From the human T2T-CHM13v2.0 reference genome, Homo sapiens: a stretch of DNA of 64,000 nt. The notes beneath the pieces were generated by a model that worked only from the letters and a program-made list of their open reading frames with translations, had not been told where the DNA came from and ran no database searches. Location of the stretch: assembly GCF_009914755.1 (NCBI RefSeq), contig NC_060931.1; one strand, written 5' to 3'. A program made the translations under genes and the position numbers. Shown one piece after another: positions 23,370 to 39,213 of the stretch (positions are counted from its first letter, which is position 1; each line of letters begins with the position of its first letter).

Positions 23370-24384
23370 AGTTTTTGACTGTTTTTTAAACTCACTGTGT
23401 TAAAGGTCACATCTTTTCTGCTTGCTACATTGGCTTTCCCTTTTTAAAAAAACTATGATTTGACCCTAACGAATTCATCATTTTATTAAATATCAACAAC
23501 ATTTTTAAGCGATGCGAATTTTCTCATTATAAGATTTTTTATATTAATGCAAATAGTGAAATACTTGCCTTAATGTCTTAATACATATGACCTCTTGTCT
23601 TCTGACCTCTTGTGAGTAAATTACTGAGATCTGCTTTTCCTGTTGAATCAAATTCAGAGTCTGCAGTTCTGTTTCAGATGTGATGATGTATCTTTGTCCT
23701 GAGGATAAGCTTCTGTGTTTTTAGGGAAAGGCAGTTATGGGGATGTCATGTAGTCGTTTTTAATGACACTTGATTATACAGGGTGATAGTTCATTTAGTT
23801 AATTAAGCCAGAGCTGCAGTTTCATCTCAAGTTCTCTAATGCATTCACCAATTCTTTGTAGAATGCTGTTATGTCCCAGGCACTGTGCAGTTTGGAAGAC
23901 AAGCAGCAATAGCACAAATAGAAGTCATTGTCTGAAGGAAGTTTGTGGCAAGCTCTTTACTGAAACATCTCAAGTGTGGTGTGTACTGAGGATGGCATAT
24001 TTATATAAAAAGGGACATACTAGTAAATAAATACCTAAGTAGATTATTTTAGATTGGAAATATCACTCAGTACTTAAAAGACTTTAATAATGACTTGATT
24101 TCCTTTCAATGTTTGCCTCTGGTAAATAAGTATACCACTAAATATAGTATATACCTAAAATACAAGACTTTTGTGAGTCTAACATAAAAAACAGTGTTTC
24201 TTCAAGTAGCAATTCTTATATCTGCCTGTAATATTTAGTTACATTTGAAAATATCTATTTAGGTTAATTCCTGTTTCACAGATTATACAGATTGTGAGTT
24301 CATACATTATGGGGGAAGATTACCAAAGCGGGTTAATAACATGTTAATAGTGGTTTGAATTCTCCAAGAAAACTAGCCTTGAAC

Positions 24385-25069
24385 TTTTAAACTATGTGTA
24401 ACTGGGAGAGAGCTACCAGATTACTAATTATTATAAGATAAAAATATACAGTAATAGACAATTGCACACTGCTTTTCAATATTTCAGGTATTACATTACA
24501 GAGACAAGGATAATGACTGTTGCTGTTTTCTAATTTATAGGATTATCTATATTGGTTTTGTTCCTGAGTTGCACCTGTATAATTTTTGAAAAGACTTTGA
24601 GTAGATATTTTATAAACATACCTGTAGCCACTGTTATGTAGTGAATTTAAATTAGAAAAATTGATGTTGAAGCTAAGTATCTTTTAGTTGCTATTGTAAA
24701 TTTGTTTAAAAAAAAACTTCATTAGTTTTTTCTACTAATTGAGTTAGGGAATATTAACTCTTTAATAACTGAACAATATTAATGGAAGAAAAAGAGAACT
24801 CCTTCAACAGTATACCTAGATTTACCTGTTATAGAAAATGACAACTACTGTACAGTAATCAAATTTTTACAAATAACATAGTTTCCCTTACATACAGATG
24901 CAAACAGTAGAGTAGAATTGGTTCAGATCCTGGTTTCATCTCTTAAGTGGAGTAGCCTTGATTAAGTTATTTTTAAACCATGTGTTGCTGGAGGAGAGCT
25001 ACCAGATTACTAATTATTATAATATGAAAATATACAATAATAGACAATTACACAGTGCTTTTCGGTATT
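24385..25069 (+). repeat. Dispersed direct repeat of ~100 bp (24385-24483 and 24971-25069)
   Basis: Identical 29-mer gagagctaccagattactaattattataa at 24408 and 24994, with similar flanks; the second copy splits a MIR (~24900-25200). Confidence 0.9.
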
Positions 25070-25547
25070 AGCCTGTTTTGGTTTTCTTTTCCTCAGTGGT
25101 AAAATGGAGATACCTACCTTAGAATTAGGAGGATTAAATAGACCATCCATGTAAAAAGCTGATTATGGTGCTTAGTCCATAGTAAGTACTCAGTATTTGG
25201 TAGTATATTGTTAGATCACTCACTGAACAAAGAAGACTTATTTTTGCATACTGGCACTTTAAGAAATTACATTTTATCTTTTAAAATGAATAATTTTTGG
25301 TTCTTCACTAAATATGCCGTAGTAATCTTCTTGTGGCATTCTAAATTCATTCCCTCAGAAAGATTGTGATTTAGAAACTTTTCTTTTGATCATGATCACA
25401 TAACTCAATTCCAGAAAAATTAATGAGAGAGACTCTAAGCAAATTTCAATTTATATTGAGATTTTAATAAAGAATGTTTTCTTCATGTTATTTTACTTAC
25501 TGTTATAGTGTGACTGTTGCTTTTTTGTCTCCTTTTCTTTTAAACAG

Positions 25548-25733
<186 letters not shown>

Positions 25734-26069
25734 TAAGTATTTAAATTGGTTACATAAGCAAAAAAAAAAAAAAAAAACCCTTCTGGAGCTAGAAAGTAGG
25801 AAGAAGTATAAGTGGAAAATATTAAATTTCTTCTTTCCTAGCCATTTTTTAAAGTAAAAAAAAAAAAAGCGAAGTTACCTTTCTTTCTCAAACACTGAGA
25901 ACGTGATTGCTAACTTTGTTTTCCTTTTAAATAGCATTACCACTAATATTCATTATTGGATTGAGGTATTGACATGACTTATTTTGACTCCAAATTTCTG
26001 AGAAGCGATACATTTTTTACCAACTGTATTTTCCTATAGTATTTGATATTGTTATTCCAGTGTCACTAG

Positions 26070-27023
<954 letters not shown>

Positions 27024-27873
27024 TAATGCTGAATTTTTCATTTGTTTCGTACTTAATCATAAACAATTTTTTCTTATAATTTTTTTCACTTGTAATACAT
27101 ACAGAGCTCATTGTATTCATATAATGTTCTGTAAGTGTTAAGCAGCTCCCCTACTTTGAGCAATGTGTTTTATATAAAATATCTTAATCATCCCAGCAAA
27201 AAGGCAGGTATTATTTTCATTTTATAAGAAATGCAGCTCAAGGAGATTAACACATTTGCCTATGGCCACATAATTAATAAAAGGTAGAGTTAGGTTTGAA
27301 CCCAGAGTTGCTTGGCTCCAGATTCATGCTGCCACATAGGTCAGAAGAGTCACATTTAGTTAATAGAGGAGTAAAATGAAGTGAAATGCCACATGTGATG
27401 AACTGAGGACAATTGTCATACCAAACTTCATTTGCTCTTTATTTTTAAATTTCTTACGTATTTTCATACAAATATTTAAAAATAATAGATTGTAAGAGAG
27501 AGAAAAGAAATGGACAGATTTTGATCGCAAATCTGAAGGAGTATATTGAGAAGTCATGGAGATTTTTTACACCTATTAATATAACAATTAGTATAACCTA
27601 TTCATGTTATGCCTTCAATAACATACACTGGCTATGGTTATATTATTGAAATGTATGTTATTGGAGGTCTTAACACTCAAAGGGAAAATTAGAGGTTTTA
27701 CCTAAGATCTAAGATGCTGGTATGAGCTTCTCATCAAAACCCACTTGCAGTTTGAGAGTTTATACAGAGAAGAAATTAAATTTTTAATTGGGAAGAAGAA
27801 CATCCTTTAAGTCCAGTTTCTGAGGAATTAGAGCTTATTTATTCCATCATTCTAAACTGTTCTTTTTCTCTAA

Positions 27874-28246
<373 letters not shown>

Positions 28247-28519
28247 ACTTACTTAAATTTCTGCATTAATAATATATGATGTGGCTTAGGTGATAATTTG
28301 TGATGGTTTTTTAATGAATAAGGACATTTTGGTATAAAACAAATAAGATTTTAAATTTGTAAAGTGGTTCCAGAAAAATGTGGCAATATCAAATAGATTA
28401 TTGCAAACAGAGTAGTGGTTGTTCTTCCTTTAAAGTTTTTGATGTTAATTTAGAATTACAACACATTTGGAAATAGCGTTTTTTCATTTTTAAGAATAGA
28501 AATATTACGTAAATAATTC

Positions 28520-28870
<351 letters not shown>

Positions 28871-29994
28871 TTAGTGAAGCAATGAAAATTAAAGTGGTAT
28901 AAATTTAGGACTACCAGAATTTAGGCTTTGGGTAACTCTAGTCTAAAATAATATCTAGTACCATTTTGTAACATAGGCTGTTTGCTTCATTAAGTAAATA
29001 ATCAACAGTCATAAATAGTACTCTGGTAAATTTCACAGGGATAGTAGGGACAATGCAGTTTGATGGGAAAAATGCTAAACCAATTTAAGGACTTTAAGGT
29101 ATTTTTTTCTTTGCTATTATAATACCATGTTGACTTAGAATTAAGAGTTAGTTTATTTTACAGATATGGGCACTGAGACCCCAGAGTAGTTATGTGGCAT
29201 GTCCCAAGGATATATAGTGACTTTAGTGGTAGAGGTAGGACTTGGAGGTAGGGTTTGTGACACTTAGATCAGTCATCTCCTGGTCTGTAAAACTGGAGAT
29301 TGGATTATCTGCTCTATAAAATACCTCCTAGGATAGTGCCTGATTATCAGTTTGGAGCAGCAGTGACCCTATTTCCAAGAATAATTCCAGTCCCACTGCA
29401 CTCAATCCCATACCAGGCAGGACACAGTAGCTGATCTACCAGTAGTTTTGTGACAGTGTTGTTGGGGGAGTCAATAAATTGCCCTCTGAAGATCCACTAT
29501 CACCGATTCTAGGCCAGGAGAATGCTACTTTCAGTCTTTGATATCTCTGAGGGAAAGGAAACCACACCCTGATACTCCTTGGAGCCAGATGCAAACCAGC
29601 CTTACCACACTATTTGTTCTACCTGCTTTACTTACCAAGGCTTAGGAGCAGCATTTCACCTTCTCCAGGCTCCCAGTATCACCTGAAGGGGTCAAAGGTA
29701 GGGCCTGGGTGACTCATTTGGATTAAGTCTTGACCCTTTGTCAATTTTATCTGTTCCTCTAATTCCTGTAATTGGGCACGGTCTAAAATGTAGGTCCATT
29801 CAGATGTCCAAATCCTTATGGTGTTCTTCCTTTTATTAATTCTTCCACCTGCTATGTATAATTTAGTTATTACAGTGACCATGCTACCATCACATTAAGG
29901 CCCATGCCTAGTTCTCAGATCTTCTTACATTGCCCGATCTTGCAGCAGAATTTGATACTATTGACTCTCTTTACCTTTGGCTTTAGTGAAAATA

Positions 29995-30580
29995 TATATT
30001 TTTAAGTTGTGGTAAAATAGATACAACATTTATCGTGTTAACCATTTTTAAGTGAACAATTCGGTGGCAGTAAGTACATTCACAGTGTTGTGCAGCCATC
30101 ACTACTGTTTTCAAACTTTATCATCCCAAATAGAAACTCCGCATTCACTAAATAACTCCTTCTTTCCCCTTCTCCTAGTACCTCATAACCTCTATTGTAG
30201 TTTCTATCTTTATTTGCCTATTCTAGATACCTCATATAAGTGGAATTATAAAATACTTATTCTCTTATGTCTGGCTTATTTTACTTAGCATAATGTTTTC
30301 AGGATTCAACCATGTTATAGCATATACCAGAATTCCATTCCTTTTTATGGCTGAATAATAGTCCATTGTATAGATGTACTATATTTTGCTTATCCATTCA
30401 TCTCTTGACGTACACTTGGGTTGTTCCTACCTTTTGGCTATTGGAAATAGTACTGCTATGAACATTGGTATACAGGTATCTGTTTGACTCCCTGTTTTAA
30501 ATTCTTTTGGTTTTATAGCTAGGAGTGGAATTGCTAGGTCATAACATAATTCCACATTTAACATTTTGAGGAATCGTCGA
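29995..30580 (-). mobile_element. L1MB-type 3' fragment inserted in L2-derived sequence
   Basis: L1M motifs (tggcttattttacttagcataatgttttc; ttatggctgaataatagtccattgtat; ctaggagtggaattgct). Confidence 0.8.
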
Positions 30581-31589
30581 TCTCTTTTTTCCATCTGGTT
30601 TTCTTTTTATGGCATGATCTCCTTTTTAAATGTTTCTTCTTTTTCTTAAATATTTGTGTTTTCTAGGGATCTGTACTTCCTTACTTTTTAAACTGTCCTG
30701 GAGATGTCATCTACTTCTATAGCTTTCACTGTTTTTGCATGCTCATGACTTCCAAATCATCCTTACCTAATTCTCTCGTGGGCTCTACTCACATAGCCCT
30801 CTGCATTACTAGACCACTTAGATGTTCTGTGAGTAGTTCAAACTTAATAAAATTAGTACTATACTAATTCTCTCTTCTTTCCCTCGTCCTCTCTAATAAA
30901 TTCACACCAAAAAAGCCGTCTTATTCATATATTCTATTTTTCACTCAAAGACAGCAATACACATAAGCCATAATTTTTCTAAAAACACATAAGTCATTTA
31001 ATTTTCCCAGGTTTTTACATCACTGCTTCTTTGTTGCCTTTAAGTCTAAATTCAGACTCCTTTTAATAGTATGCAAAGGCTTTCTTTTTTTCTTCCTTTC
31101 TTTCTTCAAACTCCTGTTTGAATGGTTTCATGGTATTCCAGTCTAGAGGTATACCAAAATTAAGTTTTAATCAGTCTCATTGAATATGTACGTTGTTTGA
31201 GCCAAATATTGCATTGAAATTAGCATTTTGGCATAATTTTTGTACATGTCTTTAATGATTTACTTAGAATAAATGTGATCTAGAATTACTAGGTCAAATG
31301 GAATGCAAGATCTTTTTAAAGGCTACTGATATATGTTGCCAGATTGCATTCCTGAAAGTTTGTGTCTACTCAGAAGAAGTCAGTGCCCTGGCAATTTGGG
31401 ACATTTAGTATAGGAGAAAGTAGGTTTATAGAATTTAACCCTTGAGAGTATCACATTATGATAGCATGTAAATACATCAAAATTTACCTTGCCATCTAAT
31501 TTTAAATGTAATATATTCTGAGAAGTTAGGACTATGTACAATACAGTTTAACAAAATTGCCATTAAAATAGTTGTATTTTAAAAGTTGA

Positions 31590-32142
31590 TGTGTCAAATG
31601 TGATCCCAAGACCGTCCACAGGCTCAAAGATTTGCTGGAAGGACTCACAGGATCCAGAATGTAGTTGTACTTATGGCTAAGATTTATTACAGCAAAAGAA
31701 TCCAAAGCGAAATCAGCAAAGGGAAAAGGTACATGGGGTGAAACCTGGAGGAAAGCAGGTGCAAAATTCTATGAGGCTTCTCCCCATTGAGGCACATAGG
31801 ATGCACTTAATTTCTTCAGCAATGAATTGTGACAACACATGTGAAATGTTGTCTACCAAGGAAGCTCATTAGAGACTGAGTGCCCAAAGTTTTTCTTGAG
31901 GGATGGCACGTAGGCATCTGCCTAGAATGTACCAAAATTCCAGACTCCCAGAAAGAAAATAAGTATACAACATAAACCATATTGTTTGTATAAACAGTGT
32001 AGGCAGAGTAAGCTGCCCTTATCATTTGAGGAAAGTTTCTTATCAATGTAGGGAACTGTTTACCAGCTAAATTCCCAAATGCCAGCCAAGGGCCACCCTT
32101 GTAAGGCGGCCTTTCTACCCTCTGGTAACTCTTGTCTGCACA
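31590..32142 (-). mobile_element. MER77/MER21-family solo LTR
   Basis: TG...CA termini; motifs cccaagacc..gaaggactcacag and gtaactcttgtctgcaca; 5-bp TSD gttga/gctga. Confidence 0.75.
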
Positions 32143-33357
32143 GCTGATTTTTGCAGGATTAAGTTGAACTATATGAATGCCATTTTTATAGGTCAGAATT
32201 GGTCTGGTATCAGTAATTCTGTATTGTTAAACTTAATAGTAAGAGAAGAAGGAGTGAATTACAATTTGTTGAGCGCTGCTGTGCCAGGTAAATGTTTTAC
32301 ATGTGTTACTGCATTATTTTTATACTGTGAGTCCAATGTTAACTTCTTCTCAAAGATGTGAAAACAAAGTTTCAGAAGGGTTAACTAACTTCCCTGAAGT
32401 CACGGATTGTAAGTTATCAGAACTAGGGTGATATTCCTGGTCTATTTTAGATCCATGTCTTGCTTTTTCTCACTAAACCAGTGCTGTTAGCTATTGGCTG
32501 AATTTATGACTACCTGTGCTTTTCAAATACTTCTGCAAAAACAAAATATATAAAACAGATAAAAGGAAAACAACTCTGGTTGAAATGGAAGTGAAGGGCT
32601 TAGAACACTTTTAACCCTTCTCCTACCATAAACATTCCCAAGGATTCTAAGAGCTAGCACAAGACAATAACTGCTCTTAGGAAAAAGAAATGGAAATACC
32701 GTTTGTTTCAGCAGCTATGGTAGACAATTGTGTGAAATCCTTTTTTTTGGGGGGTGGATAGGGACTCAAAAAAGGACCTCAAGGTCGCACAGACTGGAGT
32801 ACAGTAGTGTGATCATGGGTCACTGAAGCCTCCACCTCCCAGGCCCAAGCAGTCGTCCTATCACAGCACCCCAAGTAGCTGGAACTACAGGTACACACCA
32901 CCACACTTGGCTAATTTTGTATTTTTTTGTACAGATAGGGTTTCATCATGTTGTCCAGGCTAGTCTTGAACTCTTGGGCTCAAGTGATCTGTCTGCCTTG
33001 GCCTCCCAACGTGCTGAGATTATAGGCATGAGCCCCTGTGCCTGGCCAAAATCCTCATTTTTTAACACCAGGAAATCTCATGATAATTTTATTCAGCCAA
33101 ATGAAGGATTAAATACTGAGTTTTAAAAAAAACCCTATTGTGACTTTAAAATTTGATTATTTAAGGGGATAGAGTTTTAAAAACCTGGGTCAACATGTGA
33201 CATTTAATACTAGATTTTATAGCTAGCTCAGTTTCTCCATACATTTTCTCATTTTTAAATTTAATTTGGTTCCTGATTGTTAAAAAAATACGTGTGTGTT
33301 ATTGAAAATCCTCTTTTACTTGCCTAATTATTTTGGAATTTAGAATTAAATTTAGAG

Positions 33358-33574
33358 CAAGGATCAGCAGAACTTTCCTGTAAAGGGCTAAAGAATAAAT
33401 ATTTAAGACTTGCAATGATATGGTTTCTGTTGTAACTACTCAGCTCTGGTCTTGCAGCTGTAAAGCAGACTGTGTGTGTAAATGAATGGACATGACAGTG
33501 TTCCGATAACACTTTGTCTACAGAATCAGGAAGCAGGCTGGATTTGACCCAGGGTTCTAGTTTGCCTACCACTT
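33358..33574. mobile_element. MER58A hAT-Charlie MITE
   Basis: MER58 consensus body; perfect 8-bp TSD atttagag at 33350 and 33575. Confidence 0.85.
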
Positions 33575-33892
33575 ATTTAGAGCAAAGGAATCTTGATAAT
33601 ATACTGTTTCCAACGAAGAGTACTATTTTTTCTCTGATTTTATTGGCTTAAGCAAGTACTATTTCAATGGTATGACTTTCTTTAAATATAATTAGGTAGA
33701 GGGAACAGCAAGTACACAAGCTCCAAGGCAGGAACAAATTTAGATTGTCCTAAAGAACAGGGAAAAAATATCAAACATGGGAGTAATAGACCAAGGGAAG
33801 AATATTAAGAAGAGATGAGAGGAGTAGGGCCTAGGGGCCATAAGAAGTTAAGATTTTAAGTGAAATAAGTGCTGGCCAGGCGTGGTGGCTCA

Positions 33893-34174
<282 letters not shown>

Positions 34175-34492
34175 CTAATTCAGTGCTCTAAATTAGTAAA
34201 TATTTATTGAGGGCTTGTTATATGCCAGCTACTGTTTTGGGTCCTGGGGACACAACTTCAAATCTAAAATTTTGTATTTATATTCAAATTCTGTTTTTTC
34301 TCTTACAAAACAGAAAAATGGCCAGGCGCGGTGGCTCACGCCTGTAATCCCAGCACTTTGGGAGGCTGAGGTGGGCAGATCACCTGAGATCAGGAATTCG
34401 AGACCAGCCTGCCGAACTTGGCAAAACCCCATGTCTACTAAAAATACAAAAAATTAGCTGGCTGTAGTGGCGGGCGCCTGTAATCCCAGCTA

Positions 34493-34600
<108 letters not shown>

Positions 34601-35322
34601 TCAAAAAAGATAAAGAAAAAAGAAAAATGTCACTTTTAAAAAAATTGGAGTCCTGTTCCTCCACTTGCCCTCTGGATCTTACCCCTTCTCACCTTTTCAG
34701 AATCTTCATTCTTCCCTCTTGCCTGCAGTCATCCCATGTCTCTTGCATCTTCAGTTTCTCTATTAGATCATTCCTATCACATGTAAATATAACAGAATTA
34801 TTTCCCTTTTTTATTATTTCATTTCTCTAATCCTCTTAAGAGCAAAACTCCTTGAGAAAGCTGTTTGTATTCATTATCAGGTTGCACAACACTACTATAA
34901 CCTCCTGTGTTGTCAAACTAATTGGTAGTCTTCTATAATTTATATACATTTTTTCAGATTTGATGTAAATAATCATCCCTTCTCTTTCTTCCTACTAGGA
35001 AGGTTCAACTTTGGATTTCTAGGTACCACACTTAACTAACCACTATTGGTCATTTTTTCCTGGCTTATTCTGTTATGCCCAGGTGCTTTAAATGTCTAAG
35101 ACTCAACTGCAGTCCCCTCTCCTTTTAAAAAACTTGGTTTTTAGGTTATTACCTGACTTTAAATATAATCTCTGTGTGTGGTTACCCTCAATTTTTTATG
35201 TCCAGTCATAATCTTCCTAAGCTCCAGACTTGTATACCCAAGTTGACAGCTTCACTTGGAATTCTTGATGTTCTTCTGCCCCCAACTATCTACTTTTGGT
35301 TATTGTTTTTTAGGCTCATCTA

Positions 35323-36219
<897 letters not shown>

Positions 36220-36262
36220 TAAAACTCTAAGCTGTCAGTCTTGATTGGTCCTTTCCCCTTAA

Positions 36263-36647
<385 letters not shown>

Positions 36648-37230
36648 TAATCTCTTGACTAGACACTGGAGTGGAATACTCTCCATGTTTCTCTTTTGCC
36701 TTCTATCATTTATTTTCTGTAGAAGCTACTATGCTTCTTCTGAAGCATAAACCAGATCATACAATTCTCCCACTTAAAAAGCTTCCAGTGACTTTCTGTT
36801 TTACTTAAAATATTAACTTTTTATGACCATAAGGCCCTCCTTCCCTAATCTCGTCTCACTATTCTCTTATCTCACTATTACTTCCATATTGATTTTTTGT
36901 TGTTGTTCTTTTGAATATTTTACATTTGTTTCTGCCTTAGGGACTTTGTACTCGTGATTTCCTCTGCCTGGATCATTCTTATGTTCTTGGCATAATCTTA
37001 GCTAAACTCAAATATCACATACTAGTGAGGCCTCCCCTCTTCCATTATCTAAAATAGTATCTGAAATACTTGTTTTATTTCATTGCTGCCGTGCTTTATA
37101 TTTTTACTAAAACATAAGCTTTATGACTATAAACATCTTGTCTGTTTTATCACTAATATCATTGTATCTACAATGGCTAGCACAGGGTTTGGCATATAGT
37201 AAGCATTGAGTCATGAATCATATTGCTTGA

Positions 37231-37632
<402 letters not shown>

Positions 37633-39141
37633 TGAATGCCCATATCCTAACTATACTTCAGTTGTTAAGAAGAGATAGAACTACAGCTAAACGTATTTTA
37701 TAGCCTCTTCATTGTAGAAAGATGTACAAAAATACAGCACCTGACGGTGCTGTATAATTGAATGAAAAGTCCCTCATATATAAATAGTCTTTAAAAATTG
37801 GCATGATTTCAGTATATTGAATGCTAAGTTTTTTTAAGTCGCGGTTTTGGTTAATACCTGTTTTGGGAAGCTGGAAATTTTTTTAAAGGCATTAGGAAAC
37901 TGGCAGAATTAAAATAGTGATGAGAGGGAGATTGAAATTTATTATTAATATCTATGTTATCTAAGTGATTGTTTACTGACCATGATATAATAAATTGAGA
38001 CATAACGTAGGAAGAGAAGGGATGTAAAATTATTCAGTATAAAGAATTTTAACAAGTACTGGTATTTTTTGAGTGATAGTATTTTTACTATGAAATTTTT
38101 TGCATACTGTTTAATTGATGAAGGATTAAAGATCTAGTTTGCAGATCATATAGTTATAAGAATTTACGGACTTAAAATATATAATAATTTTATTCTCTCA
38201 ACTCTAAAGTCTATATAAAGATTGCTTTTCAGAATTTATAGTAATGTGCTATAGATCAAAGATAGGCACTTGAAGCTGATTCTTGCTGGGCACACAGTGG
38301 CTCATGCCTGTAATCCCAGCACTTTGAGAGATCAAGGTGAGGGGATCTCTTGAGCCCAGGATTTTTGAAACTAGCCTGGGCAACATAGTGAGACCCCTGC
38401 TGTCTACAAAAATTTTTTTAAAAATTAGCCAGGCATAGTGGCTCATGACTGTAATCTACTCAGGAGGCTGACATGGGAGGATCACTCAAGCCCCGGGAGT
38501 TTGATGCTATAGTTAGCTATGCTCACACCACTGCACTCCAGCTTGGGTGACAGAGTAACGCCTTCTCTCTTCAAAAAAAAGAAACAGGCGAGGCATGGTG
38601 GCACATGCCTGTAATCTCAGCACTTTGCGAGCCAAGGTGGGCAGATCACCTGGGGTCGGGAGCTTGAGACCAGCCTGGCCAACATGGCAATACCTGGTCT
38701 CTACTAAAAATAAAAAAACTTACCGGGCATGGTGGCACGTGCCTGTAATCCCGGCTACTACGAGGCTGAGACACGAGAATCACTTGAACCCGGGAGGTGG
38801 AGCTTGTAGTGAGCTGAGATACATCACTGCACTCCAGCCTGGGTGACAGAGCAAGACTCTGTCTCAAAAAAAAAGGCTGCGAAATTTTTTTTTTTTTTAA
38901 AGAAAGGCTGCAGAGAATTAAGAATTACTTTTGTTGATAGTGTAATTGATAGATTCATCAAAGTCTTTTATTTTCACAGGTCATTGTATCAGATGAACCT
39001 AATGATGGTTGATGTACCCTGTGTTCTGTACCTCATAAAAAATGAAGGCAAATCATTAAGACACTTGGCTCTGTAGTTGAAGGAACTCAAGGAAAAAAAA
39101 AGGAAAAAATTGGGGAATTATTTGTTGTAAAAGCAAGTTGC

Positions 39142-39196
<55 letters not shown>

Positions 39197-39213
39197 GTCT
39201 GTCTGTCTGTCTA
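39142..39213 (+). repeat. Compound STR (TCTG)4(TCTA)9(TCTG)4TCTA
   Basis: Read directly; it occupies an Alu tail inside TSD gcaagttgc. Confidence 0.95.
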
